Shown here: positions 1 to 8,559 of the stretch, one piece after another | Layout: each line of letters begins with the position of its first letter | Position numbering within the stretch: the first letter of the stretch is position 1 | From: an uncultured virus (IMG/VR IMGVR_UViG_3300042292_001068) | Lineage: Duplodnaviria > Heunggongvirae > Uroviricota > Caudoviricetes | IMG/VR virus record: IMGVR_UViG_3300042292_001068 | DNA: 40,573 nt | Strand: one strand, 5' to 3' | Notes under the pieces: model-generated | Databases searched by the model: none | The model's input: the letters and a program-made list of their open reading frames with translations, nothing else | Told to the model about the DNA's origin: nothing | Program-made: the position numbers and the translations under genes

Positions 1-398
1 AAAATAACATATTGATAATCTACACCTTTTTCTTTACGATTAAAGTTTATACCATTATCTGAATGAATATTCGTATCAATCCATTGGTTAATTTCAACAC
101 CTCTCGGAATAGATAAATGAATTTTCTTTGTCCTATCAATATATTGGTATGCACGAATGGTAACACCCACAATTAAATCATAAAACCAAAATCCTTCTTC
201 TTTCATAAACTCAATAGTCGTTTCTAAATCCCATTTTCTCCACGAAGAACTTAAAACAATTTTAGCACCTGTCGAATCAATAATGTGTTTCAATAATTCC
301 TGTTTTTCATCTTCTATTTTCCATTCGCCACCAACACCCTCAATACTTTTAGGGGTAGCCAATACACCATCAATGTCTAAAAAAATATACTTTTCCAT
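1..398 (-). CDS. HAD-superfamily phosphatase (Swiss-Army-Knife RNA-repair HAD type); 3' end truncated by the window
   Basis: Not in the ORF track. Manual translation from ATG 398: MEKYIFLDIDGVLAT...KIVLSSSWR...PRGVEINQWI...YQYVI, giving HAD motif I DxDGV plus the SSSWR and RGxEI motifs. Confidence 0.8.
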   Translation of the reverse strand, partial: MEKYIFLDIDGVLATPKSIEGVGGEWKIEDEKQELLKHIIDSTGAKIVLSSSWRKWDLETTIEFMKEEGFWFYDLIVGVTIRAYQYIDRTKKIHLSIPRGVEINQWIDTNIHSDNGINFNRKEKGVDYQYVI

Positions 399-399
399 C

Positions 400-693
400 T
401 TAATTAATTCTTTCAAAAATATGACCAATAAATTCTCCGTTTTGATAACGATAAGAACCAACATACTTGCGTTCAACTCCCATATCATTCGGTATCGGAT
501 GACCTGTACCAAATAATTCAAAATACCTATTTTCGTATTCTTCTTCCAAAGGATAAACTAATCCCCAAATACAAGGGAGATTATTCGCATCAATATCAAC
601 ATAAAGTAGTTGAGTATTTATAGGCATTTTAATCTCAAATCTACCAACGAAACCCCTGTCGGTAGTGCAAAATTTCCAAACTTCTTGATTCAT
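400..693 (-). CDS. conserved phage hypothetical protein
   Basis: 97-aa ORF packed in the minus-strand operon; MP...IWGLV...R.F..FGTGH pattern typical of a small phage family. Confidence 0.7.
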   Translation of the reverse strand: MNQEVWKFCTTDRGFVGRFEIKMPINTQLLYVDIDANNLPCIWGLVYPLEEEYENRYFELFGTGHPIPNDMGVERKYVGSYRYQNGEFIGHIFERIN

Positions 694-704
694 ATTAAAT
701 ATTT

Positions 705-917
705 TTAAGGTGCAACGGCTAAAATCATATTCTTACTTCTTCTACTTAAAACCCTGCAATTTCTTCCTGTTGCATTATTTAAGTTTGATATTACATCTAC
801 GGCAACTGATATACTAAATTCAGTTGTAATATAATCCCATCTCCCCCTTTCATTATTAAACATTTCGATAGCATAATTACCATCTTCTGTTTCTTCATTT
901 ACTCTATGCGTTTCCAT
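705..917 (-). CDS. hypothetical protein
   Basis: 70-aa ATG ORF with 1-11 nt gaps to its neighbours. Confidence 0.7.
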   Translation of the reverse strand: METHRVNEETEDGNYAIEMFNNERGRWDYITTEFSISVAVDVISNLNNATGRNCRVLSRRSKNMILAVAP

Positions 918-918
918 A

Positions 919-1257
919 TTAAAATAAATTAATTTTTAATGGATTTTTAATTAATTCCTTACTTCCGTTTAATCCCTGTTTGTATTTCTTCAAAGCATTT
1001 TTAGAATTTAATGCAGAAACATAAGAATAACCACTACGAGTAATAATTTCGGGATTAGGATGATTGCCACCAATGATAAATGTTTTCAACTCAAATTCAG
1101 CCAATTTAATATCTAATGTTTCTTCGTTGATTTCATAAACTTTATGACCTGCGTATGGAATTATTTTACCTACCAATTCTTTTTCTTTTTGTTGCTTTTT
1201 TTGAATGGATAATTCCATTTTGTCTTTCTCTTGAAAAACTCCTTCAAATTCTTTCAT
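919..1257 (-). CDS. hypothetical protein
   Basis: 112-aa ATG ORF in the operon. Confidence 0.75.
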   Translation of the reverse strand: MKEFEGVFQEKDKMELSIQKKQQKEKELVGKIIPYAGHKVYEINEETLDIKLAEFELKTFIIGGNHPNPEIITRSGYSYVSALNSKNALKKYKQGLNGSKELIKNPLKINLF

Positions 1258-1267
1258 CTTATTTATT

Positions 1268-1513
1268 TTAAAACCAATCTAACATTCCTAATTGCCTTTT
1301 AGCATACATAGTATCATCTTCGGGATTGCTTTTCATATTTAATGAAATACTTTCTCCGTAGCAACTACAAGTAGGGTTTCCTTCCTTGTTTATACCGAAT
1401 GAAATAAAACCTGCTGAAACAGGTTGGAAATTACGAAAATTACTATGTTGCATTATTTCGCCAAATACGATTATTTCATTATCTTTTGTTCTGATGTATT
1501 TTACCTTATTCAT
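1268..1513 (-). CDS. conserved phage hypothetical protein
   Basis: 81 aa; KY..IIVF..H...SAGF...CYGESISL pattern; TAATG stop/start overlap with the upstream gene. Confidence 0.75.
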   Translation of the reverse strand: MNKVKYIRTKDNEIIVFGEIMQHSNFRNFQPVSAGFISFGINKEGNPTCSCYGESISLNMKSNPEDDTMYAKRQLGMLDWF

Positions 1514-1824
1514 TATTGATTTGCTTTACACATTTTACAACCTTCATTTTCTCTTTCGCCACCTTCACCTTTATACTTTAACCAATTACCTTTCGGGTCG
1601 CCAATACCATCCCAATTATTTAATTCCTGTGATGCTTCTGATTGGCTTGAATAACAATATCTTCCGTAATAACCAATAGGCGTTAATCCGATAACTATTC
1701 CTGTGGTAAAAACAAAATTTTGAAGTCCACAAATTCCGTGATTAGGAACTTTCTTAAATTGATAATACCCTTCTGTTTTTAGGTATTTAATCAATTCCAA
1801 TTCTTCTTTCGTAAATTCTTCCAC
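1513..1824 (-). CDS. conserved phage hypothetical protein
   Basis: 103 aa, GTG start; RYCY...WDG.GDP.G.W.KYKG pattern. Confidence 0.7.
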   Translation of the reverse strand: MEEFTKEELELIKYLKTEGYYQFKKVPNHGICGLQNFVFTTGIVIGLTPIGYYGRYCYSSQSEASQELNNWDGIGDPKGNWLKYKGEGGERENEGCKMCKANQ

Positions 1825-1825
1825 C

Positions 1826-1927
1826 TTAAATAATGTAATTCGTTAATAAATAAAAAAACAATATTCCTGCGATGAACCCATATATGAAGTTCTTTCTCGC
1901 AATTCTAATTTTTTGATAATTTCTCAT
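1826..1927 (-). CDS. small hypothetical protein (33 aa)
   Basis: Below the track cut-off: MRNYQKIRIARETSYMGSSQEYCFFYLLTNYII. ATGA overlap with the upstream micro-ORF; fills the gap exactly. Confidence 0.45.
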   Translation of the reverse strand: MRNYQKIRIARKNFIYGFIAGILFFYLLTNYII

Positions 1928-2010
1928 TTTTTCCTAATTCCTAAAATCAATGTAATTAATATAAAACCTATTACACATCCAATAATTACTTTCAATATAA
2001 AACTTTCCAT
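1924..2010 (-). CDS. small membrane peptide (28 aa)
   Basis: MESFILKVIIGCVIGFILITLILGIRKK: one hydrophobic helix plus a basic tail; starts 1 nt after the upstream stop. Confidence 0.55.
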   Translation of the reverse strand: MESFILKVIIGCVIGFILITLILGIRKK

Positions 2011-2011
2011 A

Positions 2012-2335
2012 CTAATTAATTTTTCTGTTTTTAATAAAATCGTGCGACAATTTTTCAATAGTTTTCATTTCACTTTCTGTCGGATAAGATTTATCCCTTT
2101 TGTTACCAAAGAACTCTGCACAATCAAGAAAACATTCTATATATCCTGCTTTCCAATCAAGTCGGGATTGCTCTATTTCTACATCTTTTAATCCCTCAAT
2201 AATTTGCATTATACCATCGCAAGTCGTAGATACATAATGTTTAGAAAATTTGGATAGTGATACACCTAATAATTTCTTTTTATGCTCTTTTATTAATTCT
2301 TCTAACGCATTTAGCGTGGTTAATTTATTCTCCAT
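2012..2335 (-). CDS. hypothetical protein
   Basis: 107-aa ATG ORF in the operon. Confidence 0.7.
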   Translation of the reverse strand: MENKLTTLNALEELIKEHKKKLLGVSLSKFSKHYVSTTCDGIMQIIEGLKDVEIEQSRLDWKAGYIECFLDCAEFFGNKRDKSYPTESEMKTIEKLSHDFIKNRKIN

Positions 2336-2337
2336 AC

Positions 2338-2562
2338 TTAAAATTTAATATACTCCTTAATATCATTTCCCAACCATTTAACTATTTTGAAAAAAGTCAA
2401 TAAATCGGGCATACTACCATTTTCAATTCTTGATAAAGTTGCTTTTGATATTCCTATTTCTTTACAAGCAACATTCATACTTAATTCCAACTCAATTATT
2501 CTCTTTAATCGTAAATCTTTTTTCAGCGATTCACTATCGTAAAAAACATCACATTTAATCAT
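2338..2562 (-). CDS. XRE-family helix-turn-helix regulator
   Basis: LSMNVACKEIGISKATLSRIENGSMPDL is a canonical HTH_3 pattern. Confidence 0.9.
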   Translation of the reverse strand: MIKCDVFYDSESLKKDLRLKRIIELELSMNVACKEIGISKATLSRIENGSMPDLLTFFKIVKWLGNDIKEYIKF

Positions 2563-2650
2563 TATCTCTCTGTAATAAATAAAACAATATAATCATCAAT
2601 ACAATCAGCACCCAAATAAAATTGATTGCTATTTCGTCATACTTATTCAT
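2555..2650 (-). CDS. small membrane peptide (31 aa)
   Basis: MNKYDEIAINFIWVLIVLMIILFYLLQRDND; overlaps both neighbours by 8 nt. Confidence 0.5.
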   Translation of the reverse strand: MNKYDEIAINFIWVLIVLMIILFYLLQRDND

Positions 2651-3143
2651 CTGCATAATCTTTGAATAATGATAAACCTGCTTTTGGGTAATCCAATAAA
2701 TTATCTGAACTCATATCTTTCCTGTTTACTTTTTGTTCTTCCCAAACTTTATTTAAACCATCTTCTGATGGAAAACCCCAAGCAAAAATTTCAGCAAAAA
2801 TTTCAAAAGTAATTTCATCTACACCTCGCTTTTTTGCTTCATATTGCAGATACCAACAATACATCACGCCAACACCTGCTGATTTACAAATCCACGAAAG
2901 GAATAAAAGAACCCTGTCATCAACTTTATAATCGTGAAGAACGGAAATTCTTTTTTCCATTAACACATACAGGAATGGCTTTTCACTTTCGGGTATTTCG
3001 TATTCACTATTTTTAGATAATATCAATTTCACAAATATCTCGGATGTTTCATTGTCCATCGGATATTTATTTAATTGTTCAAACTTATTGGCAAATAATT
3101 CTTGTATTGAATTAGGTTGCTCGGTTACACTAAATTCTAACAT
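2643..3143 (-). CDS. hypothetical protein
   Basis: 166-aa ATG ORF. Confidence 0.8.
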   Translation of the reverse strand: MLEFSVTEQPNSIQELFANKFEQLNKYPMDNETSEIFVKLILSKNSEYEIPESEKPFLYVLMEKRISVLHDYKVDDRVLLFLSWICKSAGVGVMYCWYLQYEAKKRGVDEITFEIFAEIFAWGFPSEDGLNKVWEEQKVNRKDMSSDNLLDYPKAGLSLFKDYADE

Positions 3144-3146
3144 ATT

Positions 3147-3461
3147 TTATTTTTTAATATTAATTGCATCACGAACTTTAACTGCCAATTCGTATCTTTC
3201 TTCATCTACTGCCCTATCAAGTATTTGTTGTAGGACTTCATTTGGTAAGGTATCTAAATCATCTTCCCCAACCACACGAATATTTACAGATTGGAAATGA
3301 AATCCATTCCCAACTTGTTGTTCAATGTTATTTATAAAATCCATAATAAATGGTGGTAATTTCGGAAATGGTGGTGCAGAATTATCATTCTCATTTTTTG
3401 AAGAATCATTATTCTTATTTGATTCGTTTTCTTCTTCGTTGTTTTCGTCTATATTTCTCAT
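3147..3461 (-). CDS. small protein with a C-terminal UVR (UvrB/UvrC coiled-coil) motif
   Basis: LQQILDRAVDEERYELAVKVRDAI matches L...A...E.YE.A...RD.I; acidic, Asn-rich N-terminus. Confidence 0.75.
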   Translation of the reverse strand: MRNIDENNEEENESNKNNDSSKNENDNSAPPFPKLPPFIMDFINNIEQQVGNGFHFQSVNIRVVGEDDLDTLPNEVLQQILDRAVDEERYELAVKVRDAINIKK

Positions 3462-3481
3462 AATAACGGCTTATTTAAAAT

Positions 3482-3503
3482 AGGTGAACCTTTCGGCTCA
3501 CCC
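3482..3503 (-). terminator. GAAA-tetraloop hairpin, probable terminator or leader structure
   Basis: Minus strand GGGTGAGCC-GAAA-GGTTCACCT followed by ATTTT, 3 nt after the stop of 3507..3752. Confidence 0.55.
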
Positions 3504-3506
3504 TTG

Positions 3507-3752
3507 TTATTTAACACTCAATACTTCCTTGATAATTGTTGGATGTTCATTTACATACCACCACTCGCCTACTTCTGTCGCAGGAATGAAATCCGAACCT
3601 TCATCGTTTAAGGATAGCATAAACATCGCATCACTCTTAATGTACCTACCTACATAGTAAATATCTGTCTTGCCCTTCAAGATAATGATTACAGGGCGTT
3701 CATCTATCGGGAAACCCCCGATAATGCTTGAATTTTGATTTTCTGTTGTCAT
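3507..3752 (-). CDS. hypothetical protein
   Basis: Start moved to ATG 3752 (MTTENQ) because a TATCTTTG box lies at 3774-3781, inside the longer track ORF. Confidence 0.7.
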   Translation of the reverse strand: MTTENQNSSIIGGFPIDERPVIIILKGKTDIYYVGRYIKSDAMFMLSLNDEGSDFIPATEVGEWWYVNEHPTIIKEVLSVK

Positions 3753-3773
3753 AGCGTTTCTTTTAATTATTAG

Positions 3774-3884
3774 CAAAGATAATAATATATCTGATACAAA
3801 CAAGTCATTAGTGAAACAAATTTATCAACAATGATTTATTGATATAGAAAATATATGATAGTAGCATAAAAGTCAATATATTTG
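3774..3884. promoter_or_regulatory. divergent Bacteroidota-type promoters (TAnnTTTG)
   Basis: Minus strand TATCTTTG 3774-3781 and TAAATTTG 3817-3824; plus strand TATATTTG 3877-3884, 18 nt before ATG 3903. Confidence 0.65.
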
Positions 3885-3902
3885 TTATTATTTAAAAATA
3901 AT

Positions 3903-6900
3903 ATGGCTACCAAAAAAATAAATTTTGATATTGAATCAAGGGAAGGTGAAGAAGATAGAACTACAATATCAATTAATGGAATTGGTGAAGTTGTTTTAGT
4001 TGAAACATTTCCCGAATATGAATTTTTAGAAGATGTTGGTGAAGATGGACTTGAAGAATTAAATGTTGAAGAAGGAGATTTAATTGGTAAAATAGAACAC
4101 CTTGAAATTGAAGATGAATATAAAGGACAAGGTTATGCAAAAATATTAATGAACAAAGCAATAGAATTAGCAAAAGAAAAAGGTTTAATGCCTTTATACT
4201 TAAATGCTTCTCCTATGGGTTCAAAAAGATATGGACTTGATGTTGATGATTTAACAGGGTTCTATGAAAGTTTAGGATTTGAAGTGTTTTTACGACAAGG
4301 TGGAAATAATTTAATGATATTAAAAGATACTTATAAAACAGGTGGCGAAACAAAAAATAAAATTATGGCAAAACAAATTAAAATTCAATTTGAAGATAAT
4401 TACGCTGATGGTGGTGTAACATATTCTGAATGGTCAAAATGTAATATTTGGCAAGGACAATTTAATGATTGGATGAAAGATGGAAATGTTTCTAAAAATG
4501 CCGATGGTACTTATTCCACGCAGGATGCACAATACACAAATAGTTTGAAAGGTATAAGTGGATTGAAAAAGTATTTCTATAATGAATTTATTAAAGGACA
4601 ATATGCAGATGGTGGAAAAGCCGTAAAGAAATATGTTGTAGTTGGAGAAGTTTACGATGGTGGAGAAGTATGGAAAGAAACATTTGATAATTTAGATGAA
4701 GCACTTGATTTAGCAAGAGAAATACAATATGGTTGGACAGACGATGGAACATATTATTTAATTACTATTTACAACGAAACAGGTAAAAAAGTAGCCGAAA
4801 TATCAGACGACAAGTATTTTAATGAATTAACCGAAAATAAATTATTCAAGAAATTTGATTTAAGTGCAGATACTAAAAAAACAAGACAAATTGAAAATGA
4901 AAAATTAAATGGGTATAAATTCAAATTAGAAGTTCGTATTGCAGATGGGGGGGCAACAGGAATATTTGAAAAAACATTTGATTCCATTTTTGATGTAATG
5001 GATAAAATGAATACATATTATGAAGAAGATTATTACGCTTTAATAAATGGTAAAGATTTAGATTATTGGGGAGAACAATATTCCGAAATTAATGCAAGTA
5101 GAAATTTTATTAAAGGAAAATATGGTTGGTCTTTCGTAAAAGAAAATAATTATTGGATAGCACAAGACGATTATGAAAATTATCATATTGTAAGAATGGA
5201 AAAAGGAAAACCTGTTTCTAATTCGTCAATTACAAAAGGTGCTTTAAAACAAATAATGGAATTAGAAGCACAAAAAAAGTATTCGGAAAAACCTAAACAT
5301 AATAATTCACTTTCCGATATGAAAAAAATATGGGATAAGTTGAGTAAAAATTATAAGGAAAGAGAAGATATAGCATTTCTTATAGGTTATTATGGTGGGT
5401 TATTAAGCGATATAGTGCCGAATAAATGGGATGATATAGATAAAGGCACTCAAATAGATATTATGAACGCATATTTTGGTCAAACCGAAGAACAAAAACA
5501 AAAAAGAATAAATGAATACAGAAAACGACACGAAGCATTAGTAAAAGAACATAAATCTTTAAGAAATCTTTATGGCATTAATAAAAGAGAATTTAAGTTG
5601 TTTGGAATAAAAATTTTTGAACAAGGTGGTTCACTTGATAACAAACATTTAATTGCCAAAGCGATTGAATATGTTACAGGTTATGCCGTTGATACTGATA
5701 CGATACAAGATGAAGCGAATAATTATTCTTTTAAATACAAAGGAAGAAATGTTTGGAGTACGCTTAATTCTAAATTGGTTAATGACACAATTCGTATGCA
5801 CAGGAAATCATTAGAAAGCAGATATGCAGAAGGTGGTTCAGTTGGCAAAGGATATAATGTATTTAATTATACGGATAATATTTATGCTACCGATGAAGTT
5901 TTCAAAACAAAAAAATTAGCAAATGATTTCATAAGAGAATTTAGAAATAGATTTTCTAAACAAGGTTATTATAGAGATAATCAAATGAATAAAATAGCCG
6001 TTGAAGATATTGACTTATTGGCTATACCTTCTGATTTTAATCCATTTGGTAAATACGAAGATGGTGGCAGAACTATGGAAAATAGAGCAAAAAAACAGGC
6101 GAGAAAAGATATTAAAACGCATTTGTATAGACCACAAGCACCATATCAATCAGTAGAAAAACCTTCGGAAGAATGGGAAAGATATGAATTGCCGTATGAT
6201 ACAAAAATGCAATATGATTTTGAACCCGATTCATTTTCAGCAGAAAATAAAAGATATTCAGAATACGCAAAAGGTGGGGAAGCAGGTTTTGATAATGAAG
6301 GAACTTCAATGGTGCTATATCACGAAAAGAACGGAAATTGGCTTGTACCAAAAGGGCAGGTTTATTTATATCTTTATGATGTTGAGAATAGTGGTAGTAA
6401 ATTAGGTAAAGAATTTGATTGGGTATTTTATCCATTGACTGCACCGATTATGGCTTGGCAAAGTGGTTATATTCCACCATTGAAAAAAATATGGACTAAA
6501 AAATTCCAAAAAGACCATAAAGGTTCAGAGCATTTATTAGGTGTAATTAAAGCATATTTAATTGAAGAAGATGGTAAAAAAGAATTATTTATTGATATGA
6601 TGTCGGTAAACCCTACTAAAAAGAAAAAGGGTATTATGTCTTATATGATTAAAGAATTAAGAGAATCATTTAATTTATCGCAAGACCAAGTTACATTTAG
6701 CGACCTTACAGATGAAGGTAAAAAATTCGTTGAGAAAAAAACATACGCTGATGGTGGTGAAACAAGTGGACTTATTACAGATGAACAAGTAAAAGATTTG
6801 TCATTCAAAATTAAGATTAAAAATGTTCCACTTCAAAAAGGAGTTTTACTTCACGAAATTGTTACTCTTGAAGAATTTGATTTAGGCGATGAAAAAAATA

Positions 6901-7802
6901 TAAATTTCTATCCATTCCATTTAATTTATGGAGATTCTTCTTTGGCAATTTTTGATGCGTTTGGAGTTGATGAAGTTGCAGGGTTAAAAAGAGAAGATGC
7001 CGAAAAGAAAATTAATGAATTAAAAGCACAAGGTAAAACTGAAAAGGATGGTTCATTTATGGCAGGTTTAACAAATTATGTTGGTGATAAATTATTTATG
7101 TTTTTCAATGTAGCAAGATTAAGTTACGAAGGATTTGCAAATAGAGTATTACCACACGAAGCGTTACATTTATCACGAAGTTTAATTTCATTATATAAAA
7201 ATGATTGGGTTCGTGAAAATCTAAACACTCCTAAATGGTGGGAAGATAAAAGAGCCGTTTTTGTTGATATGGGTGATTCAAACGAAGAATTTTTTGCCGA
7301 AACATTAGAAAGAACTACTGCTATTGCTATGGATGGATGGTATAGAGTTACAGGTCAGAAATGCGTTGTTGAGAAAAACAAAACATACGCTGATGGTGGT
7401 AGTGCTGATGAAGAAATGAATTTCTTTGTAGTAATTAATGAAGATGATAAAAATTATAACAAAGTTGGATATTCTTTGGGTGAAACGATTACTGATAAAG
7501 AAGGAAATGAATTTGAGAAATTGTATTTTGAAAATCAAAAATTACCCAAAAAATATAGTGTTAATGATATATCTTATTTAAACGATAGGGGTGAATTTTC
7601 AAAAAAAAATAAAATAACAGGAACAACAAATTTTGTTATTTTAGTTGATTACCAAGAAAAAGAACCATATTTCTATATTTATAATTTAACAGAAAAATTC
7701 GTAGCAACAGAAGGTTATAATTGGAGTTCAATAATAAAATCAGCAGGTATTGAAAATTCTATTTATGCACATCAAATATTCGATGGTGGTGGAGATATTT
7801 AA
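3903..7802 (+). CDS. 1299-aa modular polyvalent-type protein: GNAT acetyltransferase, second GNAT-like module and HEXXH zincin-like module, separated by (Y/F)xxGG motifs
   Basis: GNAT1: IEHLEIEDEYKGQGYAKILM...FYESLGF. GNAT2: FIDMMSVNPTKKKKGIMSYMI...LTDEGKKF. Zincin: PHEALHL...EEFFAE. Start moved to ATG 3903. Confidence 0.85.
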   Translation: MATKKINFDIESREGEEDRTTISINGIGEVVLVETFPEYEFLEDVGEDGLEELNVEEGDLIGKIEHLEIEDEYKGQGYAKILMNKAIELAKEKGLMPLYLNASPMGSKRYGLDVDDLTGFYESLGFEVFLRQGGNNLMILKDTYKTGGETKNKIMAKQIKIQFEDNYADGGVTYSEWSKCNIWQGQFNDWMKDGNVSKNADGTYSTQDAQYTNSLKGISGLKKYFYNEFIKGQYADGGKAVKKYVVVGEVYDGGEVWKETFDNLDEALDLAREIQYGWTDDGTYYLITIYNETGKKVAEISDDKYFNELTENKLFKKFDLSADTKKTRQIENEKLNGYKFKLEVRIADGGATGIFEKTFDSIFDVMDKMNTYYEEDYYALINGKDLDYWGEQYSEINASRNFIKGKYGWSFVKENNYWIAQDDYENYHIVRMEKGKPVSNSSITKGALKQIMELEAQKKYSEKPKHNNSLSDMKKIWDKLSKNYKEREDIAFLIGYYGGLLSDIVPNKWDDIDKGTQIDIMNAYFGQTEEQKQKRINEYRKRHEALVKEHKSLRNLYGINKREFKLFGIKIFEQGGSLDNKHLIAKAIEYVTGYAVDTDTIQDEANNYSFKYKGRNVWSTLNSKLVNDTIRMHRKSLESRYAEGGSVGKGYNVFNYTDNIYATDEVFKTKKLANDFIREFRNRFSKQGYYRDNQMNKIAVEDIDLLAIPSDFNPFGKYEDGGRTMENRAKKQARKDIKTHLYRPQAPYQSVEKPSEEWERYELPYDTKMQYDFEPDSFSAENKRYSEYAKGGEAGFDNEGTSMVLYHEKNGNWLVPKGQVYLYLYDVENSGSKLGKEFDWVFYPLTAPIMAWQSGYIPPLKKIWTKKFQKDHKGSEHLLGVIKAYLIEEDGKKELFIDMMSVNPTKKKKGIMSYMIKELRESFNLSQDQVTFSDLTDEGKKFVEKKTYADGGETSGLITDEQVKDLSFKIKIKNVPLQKGVLLHEIVTLEEFDLGDEKNINFYPFHLIYGDSSLAIFDAFGVDEVAGLKREDAEKKINELKAQGKTEKDGSFMAGLTNYVGDKLFMFFNVARLSYEGFANRVLPHEALHLSRSLISLYKNDWVRENLNTPKWWEDKRAVFVDMGDSNEEFFAETLERTTAIAMDGWYRVTGQKCVVEKNKTYADGGSADEEMNFFVVINEDDKNYNKVGYSLGETITDKEGNEFEKLYFENQKLPKKYSVNDISYLNDRGEFSKKNKITGTTNFVILVDYQEKEPYFYIYNLTEKFVATEGYNWSSIIKSAGIENSIYAHQIFDGGGDI

Positions 7803-7974
7803 TAATTATATCGGAAAGAATGTAAAGCGTAAAAACCTTCGTGGTGGTTACAGACATTACATTGTTTTATCGTATTCAGATTTGCTCGGATATACTTTAT
7901 TTGAGCCAAAGACAGATACACGATGTAATGTTAAATCCGAAGTATTTGAAAAGCAATTTAAAATAGTAAAATGA
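7783..7974 (+). CDS. hypothetical protein
   Basis: Short ORF, probable ATG at 7783; ATGA overlap with the next gene. Confidence 0.55.
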   Translation: MVVEIFNNYIGKNVKRKNLRGGYRHYIVLSYSDLLGYTLFEPKTDTRCNVKSEVFEKQFKIVK

Positions 7975-8210
7975 GTTGGAATAAAATCAAATTAAGGGAT
8001 TTAGAAAAAGTATTTAATAGAATTTTCAATCCCGAATCTTTATATGGTGAACAGGCAATTATTTATGATGAAGCACTTTCAAAATCAAAACACTTTGGAA
8101 CGACTTGGAAAGAAGAAATGCAAAAAGTTAGTGATAATGTTTATCTTTATTTTATTGTAAGTGTTCTTGAAGAAGAAGGTATGACACCCGATGATTTTAA
8201 AGAAAATTAA
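7971..8210 (+). CDS. hypothetical protein
   Basis: 79-aa ATG ORF. Confidence 0.7.
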   Translation: MSWNKIKLRDLEKVFNRIFNPESLYGEQAIIYDEALSKSKHFGTTWKEEMQKVSDNVYLYFIVSVLEEEGMTPDDFKEN

Positions 8211-8235
8211 TTATCTTTACTGAAAATAATTGATT

Positions 8236-8445
8236 ATGGCTATTATTGATTTATTAAACCCAAATAAATATGTGAGCAAGGAAGAATTGATTGAACGATT
8301 AACTCTTTGTAATAGTTGCCCCGAAAGATTAAAAGAAAGCAACGGAAACCCTTTGACGAAATTTAGCCGTTGCCCCGAATGTGGTTGTTTCCTTCGTCTG
8401 AAAGCACGATTAGAAACAGAAGAATGTCCATTAGGTGATTGGTAA
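8236..8445 (+). CDS. small Cys-rich putative zinc-binding protein (DUF6171-like)
   Basis: RL..CNSC...RCPECGCFL.LK.RL....CPLGDW; ATG at 8236. Confidence 0.75.
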   Translation: MAIIDLLNPNKYVSKEELIERLTLCNSCPERLKESNGNPLTKFSRCPECGCFLRLKARLETEECPLGDW

Positions 8446-8490
8446 ATAAATAATCAATAACTTTGTAATACTTAAAAGCAAATCATTTGC

Positions 8491-8533
8491 AAAGGGAATC
8501 ACTTGTCATAGCAGATATAGATTCCCTTTTTTT
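8491..8533 (+). terminator. intrinsic terminator
   Basis: AAAGGGAATC...GATTCCCTTT plus T-tract. Confidence 0.75.
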
Positions 8534-8559
8534 ATTTAACTTCGTTAAAATATATTATT

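Noticed and set aside
283..3300. Plus-strand ORFs 283, 1386, 1913, 2834 and 3052
   Set aside because: They lie antisense to a tightly packed minus-strand operon with recognisable proteins.
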